Virus record (IMG/VR): IMGVR_UViG_3300037459_000123
DNA length: 31,244 nucleotides
Source of the DNA: an uncultured virus (IMG/VR IMGVR_UViG_3300037459_000123)
Lineage: Duplodnaviria; Heunggongvirae; Uroviricota; Caudoviricetes
Direction: 5' to 3' (one strand)
Part shown: in pieces, positions 25,757 through 31,244 of the stretch
How positions within the stretch are numbered: position 1 is the first letter of the stretch
How the letters are laid out: each line of letters starts with the position of its first letter
Position numbers and translations under genes: made by a program
The notes under the pieces: generated by a model
What the model was told of the DNA's origin: nothing
Seen by the model: the letters and a program-made list of their open reading frames with translations, nothing else
Database searches by the model: none

Positions 25757-25786
25757 TTGCACTCTGGCGCAACCTTGCGCTATAAC
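25757..25786 (+). promoter_or_regulatory. Class A promoter 4
   Basis: TTGCAC-18bp-TATAAC, GCGCAACCTTGCGC at 25767-25780. Leader hairpin CCGG-GTGGTAA-CCGG, AGGAACCCGGAC at 25828-25839. Confidence 0.75.
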
Positions 25787-25840
25787 AAATCACAGGCCCC
25801 GGGTGGTAACCGGAGGCGAGACAAAAAAGGAACCCGGACC

Positions 25841-27133
25841 ATGCACGATTACAAACGAACCTTTGCCACCCGCGTTCTGTCATTCGAGGACGCACTCGCG
25901 GTCAACGGGATGATGGGCGACGGTCTCAGGGTCCTGGAGGCCCGCCACCCCGGCAAGGCACGTGATGCCGGGCGTGACATTTGGGCCGGTCTCGTGGGCT
26001 TGCAGGGCACGGGGGGCCCTGTTGAGACGGCTGTCACGATGACCACCCCGGCCGACAATGTGCCGCTGCTACGGCGGGCGGACAGTGTTGCGGCGGCGTT
26101 CGCGTTTCGGTCGGCCTGCGAGCACTTCGCGGACGTCAGCCTGGCCGACGGATTTGCACTGCGCGGCGCAATGGAAAAGGCCTGGCTTGATTTCGAGCAA
26201 CGGCGGCTGGAGGCCAACGCGATCGAGGGAGGCTTCGGCTGCGACGATTCGCCAAGCTGGCACACGTTGCGAGACATCGGCACATCGCCCGGGAGCGCGG
26301 CGTTCAAGAAAAAGATACTGGAGATCGCCAAGCTGGCCGGGCGGATCTTCAAGGCGATGGGCCACATGAAAAAGCGTGCGCCTGCAAACGATCCGCATTC
26401 GGTCAAGGGTATCGACATCGGCGGCCAGGTGGAGCGTCTTACGTCGTCGGAACTCGGCAAGCTGGCGACGCCCGAGACCGAGGATCAGACCGGGATGCGG
26501 GTGCTGAAAAAGCAGGCCATGCAACGGAAGATGGTCAGCGTTCAGGAGAAATCGCGCGGCCCGCTCGTGGTGGTTGTCGACGAGTCCGAGAGCATGCACG
26601 AGGAGTTTGCAGGCGTGCGCGGCCGCAACACTTGGGCCAAGGCCGTCATGATTGCGCTCACACGGATCGCCTGGAATGAGGATCGCACCGTGCGCGTGGT
26701 TCATTTCGGAAACGGCGTGGTCACCCAGGATGTGCCCAAGAATGATCACCGCGCGCTGTTCGAGGCGGCGCGGAGCTTCTTGTCAGGAGGTACTGATTTT
26801 GTCGGGTCGCTGGAGCAGGGCATGCGCTCGGTTGGCGACCTCGAAAAAGAGGGACACAAGGGGGCCGATATCGTGTACATCACGGACGGTGAGGAATGGG
26901 GCGGCTTTCGCCGCAACGGCTTGCGCGCCGAACTGGACAAGATCATCGACCGCATGGACGATGACGGCGTGAAGTTGTGGGACGTGGCCATCGGCCAGCA
27001 CCATGACGCCGGATTCCCACTGCGGAAGCGCGCTGAGCGGTACACGTTCGCGCACGATCGGGATCTCAAAAATATCGACCGCGCGGCGCAGGTGGCCAAG
27101 GGCCTGTCAGACGCGGCCAAGATCGAGGCATAG
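25841..27133 (+). CDS. vWA-domain protein, ViaA-like
   Basis: MIDAS 'VDESESM', 'GGTDF', 'ITDGE'. Start at ATG 25841 after the leader box, since the ORF track's TTG at 25757 is the -35 box. Confidence 0.88.
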   Translation: MHDYKRTFATRVLSFEDALAVNGMMGDGLRVLEARHPGKARDAGRDIWAGLVGLQGTGGPVETAVTMTTPADNVPLLRRADSVAAAFAFRSACEHFADVSLADGFALRGAMEKAWLDFEQRRLEANAIEGGFGCDDSPSWHTLRDIGTSPGSAAFKKKILEIAKLAGRIFKAMGHMKKRAPANDPHSVKGIDIGGQVERLTSSELGKLATPETEDQTGMRVLKKQAMQRKMVSVQEKSRGPLVVVVDESESMHEEFAGVRGRNTWAKAVMIALTRIAWNEDRTVRVVHFGNGVVTQDVPKNDHRALFEAARSFLSGGTDFVGSLEQGMRSVGDLEKEGHKGADIVYITDGEEWGGFRRNGLRAELDKIIDRMDDDGVKLWDVAIGQHHDAGFPLRKRAERYTFAHDRDLKNIDRAAQVAKGLSDAAKIEA

Positions 27134-27150
27134 GACACAGCACCCCCCGC

Positions 27151-27170
27151 AGAGGTAAACATGTTTACTC
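27151..27170. promoter_or_regulatory. 20-bp site with palindromic core GTAAACATGTTTAC, copy 2
   Basis: AGAGGTAAACATGTTTACTC, in the gap before the sigma factor gene. Inverted exact copy of 12502-12521. Confidence 0.55.
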
Positions 27171-27198
27171 GGGCTGGGGAGCACAGGGGAGCGAGACA

Positions 27199-27810
27199 AT
27201 GGAAACGGAACTGATGTCACTGAGGGATGGCGCGTGTACGTTCGAGCAGTTCGAGCGCTCGACGCGGCGTAGTTGGCAACGGCTGGCCGGGAAACTCGCG
27301 AGCCGCTGGCGGATGCCGCCGTCGATGGACGAGCAGGATTTGACCCAGGAGATGTTGATCGCGGTGATCGAACTGGTTGCCTCATGGGACCCTGATCGCA
27401 AGGTCAAGATCAGTGCCTACGTGGTTTGGAATGCGATGAACCGTGCGAAGCTGTTTCTACATGAACAGCGTGGCGCGAATCTGCACCGGCCGGACAAAAG
27501 TAAGAGCCGTCACCCGCTGGTAGAGTGTGGGCTGCTTGGCCCTGATGTCACCCAGAGCCCGCTCGATCGTGCGGTGTCGCCACCCGATCAACTCAATGCG
27601 ATGGGAGTGCTCGACGCCATGCGCGCGGTACGCACTGAGCGGGACCTCACGATCATGGAGGCACTCGTGGCGGCGCCAAGTATCGACCTGGCGGCCACCA
27701 CGTTGTACGAGGACGCCATCACCCGAGAGCAGATGCAATACGGCAGCCCCAAGGAGGCCCGTCGTTCAGTCATGCGTGCTGCGCGCCGTTTCGCGGAGCG
27801 CTGCGCCTAA
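27199..27810 (+). CDS. Sigma70-like RNA polymerase sigma factor
   Basis: Region 2 'LAGKLASRW...DEQDLTQEMLIAVIELVASWDPDRKVKISAYVVWNAMN'. Divergent region-4-like C-terminus. Confidence 0.8.
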   Translation: METELMSLRDGACTFEQFERSTRRSWQRLAGKLASRWRMPPSMDEQDLTQEMLIAVIELVASWDPDRKVKISAYVVWNAMNRAKLFLHEQRGANLHRPDKSKSRHPLVECGLLGPDVTQSPLDRAVSPPDQLNAMGVLDAMRAVRTERDLTIMEALVAAPSIDLAATTLYEDAITREQMQYGSPKEARRSVMRAARRFAERCA

Positions 27811-27838
27811 CAATCAAACCAGATAGGAACCCGGACCA

Positions 27839-29098
27839 ATGAGCGACAAGCAATCGATCGATATGAATCTCGTGGACGCGGACGTCGTCGAGAAATACCT
27901 CGCCGAGTACGAACTGGAGATGGTCCAGAGCGATGTCGAGAACGTCAAAACACTCACGGATTACTTTGCCGAGAGGGGTAAGTCCGAGGGCATCACCCTG
28001 GCACAGTGCGACTGCGGTGGGACGTCCGACGCCGAGTTGGAGGAGTGTCCGTTCTGCGGTGACTCCGAGCCGGTCGACGGTTTGACCGAGGAGGACGAGG
28101 ACGACGACAGCGAGGAGACCGCCGAGTCCGACGCCGATGCCGATGACGAGGAGGAAGACGACGAGGACGATGACGATGAGCCCGAGGCGGCCGCCGAGTC
28201 CGAGGACGAGGACGACGAGGAGGAGGAAGACGAGGACGACGAGGAGGAGGACGACCCGGAGCCGACCCCTGCTCCCAAGAAAAAGGCCAAGGGCAAGAAG
28301 GCCAAGAAGGCGGCCAAGAAGGTGACTAAGGCCACGGCGGACAAGAAGGCCGCCAAGAAAAAGAAGCAGCCCAAGGACGCCAAGAAGACCAAGAAGGGCA
28401 AGCCAGCCAAGAAGGAAAAGGGTCCGCTCGAAGATCAGGAGGCGACCCCGTCGAGCGCGCGCAAACCCGGCGAGACGTCCACGGACATCGTGGTGTTCAC
28501 GACGGCGGACCTCGACGAGCAGGTCAAGGTGATCAAGTCGACCGGGAAGTTTGCCGCGACCGAACTGCTCAAGATGGGCAGCGCGTTCGATCGCATCCAC
28601 ACGGACGAGTTGTGGAAGCTGCGCACCGTCAAGGGCAAGCCGAAATATACGAACTTCAAGAAGTTCGTCGCGGAGGAGTTCGGCGTCTCGCACACCTACG
28701 CCTACGGGCTGATGGACGTTGCCAGGAAGTTCACGGAGGACGACGTCAAGCGGCTCGGGATCTCCAAGTTGCGCGTGGCGCTCCAGGTACCGGCCGAGCG
28801 TCAAAAGGAGATTCTCGACGCGGCCAAGAAGGGCGCAACGGTCGCCGACCTCAAGGACAAGGCGCGCAAGGATCGCCCCGAGGCCAAGAAGGCGATCACG
28901 GTTGCGTTGTTGTTGGGACAGCAGGTTGTCCCGGCATTCAAGCGCACTGATCCCGACGTGCGCGCATCGAAGATCAAGGACGATGCGTTCGGAGAACTCG
29001 AACTGGACAACGGCGTCACGCTCTCGATCAAGTTGACGAGGGATGTGGACAGCAACCTTCAGTTCGTTGTCGAGGCCAAGCGCGGAGCGGCGGAGTAG
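27839..29098 (+). CDS. Multi-domain protein: Zn ribbon, long acidic tract, Lys/Ala-rich H1-like tract, DUF3102-like helical domain
   Basis: 'CDCG...CPFCG', ~55-residue D/E-rich run, 'KKKAKGKKAKKAAKK' repeats, 'FKKFVAEEFGVSHTYAYGLM'. AGGAACCCGGAC box at 27825-27836. Confidence 0.8.
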   Translation: MSDKQSIDMNLVDADVVEKYLAEYELEMVQSDVENVKTLTDYFAERGKSEGITLAQCDCGGTSDAELEECPFCGDSEPVDGLTEEDEDDDSEETAESDADADDEEEDDEDDDDEPEAAAESEDEDDEEEEDEDDEEEDDPEPTPAPKKKAKGKKAKKAAKKVTKATADKKAAKKKKQPKDAKKTKKGKPAKKEKGPLEDQEATPSSARKPGETSTDIVVFTTADLDEQVKVIKSTGKFAATELLKMGSAFDRIHTDELWKLRTVKGKPKYTNFKKFVAEEFGVSHTYAYGLMDVARKFTEDDVKRLGISKLRVALQVPAERQKEILDAAKKGATVADLKDKARKDRPEAKKAITVALLLGQQVVPAFKRTDPDVRASKIKDDAFGELELDNGVTLSIKLTRDVDSNLQFVVEAKRGAAE

Positions 29099-29103
29099 TA
29101 GAT

Positions 29104-29313
29104 GTGCCCTCTAAGAAGCGGTCCCGGCGGGCCGTGAACATGCGCCGCTCACTACACGAGCAGGAGGAGGCGGCGCAAAAACACCTGGACAAATGGATGA
29201 ACGACCTCTATCGGGCGATTGGAAAAGTCAGCTACTACCAACGCGTGCTCAAGCATGTCCGGCGACGGATCGCAGAGCAGGAGACAGAGGTAGAGTTTCC
29301 TAAGCTGGACTGA
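29104..29313 (+). CDS. Hypothetical protein
   Basis: GGAG SD, TGATG coupling to the polymerase gene. Confidence 0.55.
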   Translation: MPSKKRSRRAVNMRRSLHEQEEAAQKHLDKWMNDLYRAIGKVSYYQRVLKHVRRRIAEQETEVEFPKLD

Positions 29314-31244
29314 TGTCGCGGCGGTTGAAACGCAGTCAGGTTCGGCGGACTGCTCGGTCGGCTCACCGGGTTCCGCGCGCAAGCGTCCGGTCGCCTAACC
29401 AGCGGCACGGGTTGGCCGGGCGGTCCTCCGAACCTGATCGCGTACTCAATGCATTTTGGGGTCGCGACCTTCTTACCTACGTCGTCAGGGATGACGAGCG
29501 ACCTGGCGGCGTGAGGTTGAGGACGACCAAGGCGGAGCATTCGTGTTTCGTTTTGGCCGACGCCATCGATCAGGAGTACGCCTCGAAGTTGCAACACAAG
29601 CCTGGTGTTCGTTGGGTCAGGCGGGAGGGTGACTGGTATCGAATTGGGTTTCGTCAGCGCGAGATCTGTCAGGCGTTCTGCAAGGCAGCCAAGGAGGACG
29701 GCGTCCCGACGTTCGAGGGGATGATCAGCCCAGTAGTACGGTGGATGTCCGACCATAGGATCAAGGTTGAGGTTCCGCGCATCGCATACGTGGACCTGGA
29801 GACCGACTCCCGCGTGGTTATCTCCAAGACCATCGAGGGGCATGCGCGGATCCTGTCGTGGGCGGTGGTCGGTTCGGACGGGCGCGAGTTCGAGGGATGT
29901 CTCCGCTCAGACACCGACAAGGCGGAGCGGAACCTGCTCATCGAACTGTGGAAGGTGTTTGACGAGTACGATCTCATCGCTGCGTGGAATGGCGACCGGT
30001 TCGACTTCGCGGTCATCAAGGCGCGCTCGCAACTTCATCGACTGCTCGGTGGTGGACGTCGAGAGTGGAGGCGGTGGCTGTGGCTCGATCACCTGGAGTT
30101 GTTTCGCAAGATGAACACGATGGCGGCCGAGTCCGGGGACGAGAAACAGTCAATGGCCCTGGCTAACATCGCGGCCGTGCTCGGAGTTGGTGCGAAGCTG
30201 GATTTCGATTCGTCCAAAACGTGGGAGTCCTGGCTGGCAGGAGGCAAGGAACGCAGGAGACTCCGGCGGTACAACATGCAGGACGCGCGGCTGATGCCGC
30301 TCATCGAGGACAAGACCGGTTACATCATGCTGCTCCAGACCATCGGGCAGGTGTGCGGGACGTTCGCCGACAGCCGCGGGTTCAACCCGAGCGTCCAGGT
30401 TGAGGGATTCCTGCAACGGCTGGCGGTGTCGCGTGGTCATCGGTTCCCGACCAAGCACCGTGACAAAAAGGACAGCGAAAAGTTTGCAGGTGCGTTCGTC
30501 TTGCACCCGACACGGAAGGGCATCATCCGGGATGTTCACGTTGCCGACTTCAGTGGGCTGTACCCGAACATCATCCGCACTTGGAACATGTCCCCGGAGA
30601 CGACCGACTGTGAAATGGACGAGGGGGACATCGCTGTCTGTCCGTTGACTGAAACCAAGTTCAACACGTCGACCCCTGGACTGCTCGCGGTGGCGGTCAC
30701 TCGGATGATGAAGCTGCGCAAGAAGTGGAACAAGAAAAAGGCGGCCGCGTCCCCGGGTACTGACGAGTGGCGGGACGCCGATCGGATGACGACTGCGTAC
30801 AAGATCGCAACCAACTCCTTTTATGGTGTCATCGGTCAGAGCGTCTCGCGGTTTTTCAAACGTACGGTGGCGGAGGGTGTCGCGCAGAACGGAGCGTGGC
30901 TGATCCAGGAGACGATCAAGGCGGCGGAGGAGCGGGGGATGTCCGTGATCTACGGCGACACGGATTCACTGTTCGTCGCAGGCGCGACCAAGCGCGAGTT
31001 CGAGGAGTTCGTTGCGTGGTGCAACTCCGATCTGTACCCGGGCATGGTTGAGCACGTCGGTTGCAAGGAGAACCACATCGACCTCGCCTATGAAAAGCAG
31101 TTCGATCGGCTCGTGATGACGACGGCCAAGCGGTACATCGGGTGTTACAAACACTACAAGGGCACCAAGGCGACGGCCGACAGCAAGCCGGAGATCAAGG
31201 GGTTGGAGTACAAGCGCGGTGACAGCGTCCGGTTCGCGCGTCAG
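29313..31244 (+). CDS. polB: Family B DNA polymerase, 3'-truncated by the window (absent from the ORF track)
   Basis: Frame 3 from ATG 29313 reads ExoI 'YVDLETD', ExoII 'AWNGDRFDF', ExoIII 'YNMQD', motif A 'DFSGLYPNII', motif B 'YKIATNSFYG', motif C 'YGDTDS', 'KGLEYKRGD'. Confidence 0.93.
   Translation, partial: MSRRLKRSQVRRTARSAHRVPRASVRSPNQRHGLAGRSSEPDRVLNAFWGRDLLTYVVRDDERPGGVRLRTTKAEHSCFVLADAIDQEYASKLQHKPGVRWVRREGDWYRIGFRQREICQAFCKAAKEDGVPTFEGMISPVVRWMSDHRIKVEVPRIAYVDLETDSRVVISKTIEGHARILSWAVVGSDGREFEGCLRSDTDKAERNLLIELWKVFDEYDLIAAWNGDRFDFAVIKARSQLHRLLGGGRREWRRWLWLDHLELFRKMNTMAAESGDEKQSMALANIAAVLGVGAKLDFDSSKTWESWLAGGKERRRLRRYNMQDARLMPLIEDKTGYIMLLQTIGQVCGTFADSRGFNPSVQVEGFLQRLAVSRGHRFPTKHRDKKDSEKFAGAFVLHPTRKGIIRDVHVADFSGLYPNIIRTWNMSPETTDCEMDEGDIAVCPLTETKFNTSTPGLLAVAVTRMMKLRKKWNKKKAAASPGTDEWRDADRMTTAYKIATNSFYGVIGQSVSRFFKRTVAEGVAQNGAWLIQETIKAAEERGMSVIYGDTDSLFVAGATKREFEEFVAWCNSDLYPGMVEHVGCKENHIDLAYEKQFDRLVMTTAKRYIGCYKHYKGTKATADSKPEIKGLEYKRGDSVRFARQ

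Noticed and set aside
21217..25780. Recurrent GCGCAAGCATGCGC considered as CRISPR repeats or att sites
   Set aside because: Copies are 1-2 kb apart, separated by whole genes, and fixed between -35 and -10 boxes. No cas or recombinase gene is present.
25757..25840. TTG start and N-terminal extension of the vWA ORF
   Set aside because: The TTG is the -35 box of promoter A4. The conserved leader box places the start at ATG 25841.
27770..28804. Long minus-strand ORFs with hydrophobic or poly-Ser runs
   Set aside because: Antisense mirror of the GAG/GAC/AAG-rich acidic and basic tracts.
29366..29374. CCGGGTTCC, complementary to the GGAACCCGG leader box
   Set aside because: A 9-bp GC-rich match inside the polB coding sequence, likely chance.

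Overview
Segment of a high-GC, apparently lytic tailed dsDNA phage. Every credible gene is on the + strand, and many are joined by overlapping stop/start codons. Left part (1-~15.8 kb): baseplate, tail-fibre and fibre-like genes, then an extended lysis/envelope cluster (LL-H-like holin, three lipoproteins, papain-like C1A protease, Amidase_2 endolysin, membrane proteins). A ~360-bp highly structured non-coding segment (15765-16126) separates this from the right part. The right part holds an RHH regulator, SF2 helicase, a C5 DNA methyltransferase with a second subunit nested in another frame, DnaB helicase, primase, two stand-alone Fis-type HTH proteins, a DUF6744-like/RavA-like AAA+/vWA trio, a sigma70-like factor, an acidic/H1-like protein and a family B DNA polymerase that runs off the right end. 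The most notable unexplained structure is a cis-regulatory code. It comprises four sigma70-type promoters with a GCGCA-N4-TGCGC palindrome in the spacer, a shared leader hairpin plus AGGAACCCGGAC box, a second promoter class (TTGACC-N18-CAGACT-N7-ATG), and a 20-bp palindromic site present twice 14.6 kb apart. Several proteins suggest a myxobacterial host (inference). No integrase, tRNA or CRISPR array was seen. Family assignments come from motif recognition, not database searches.
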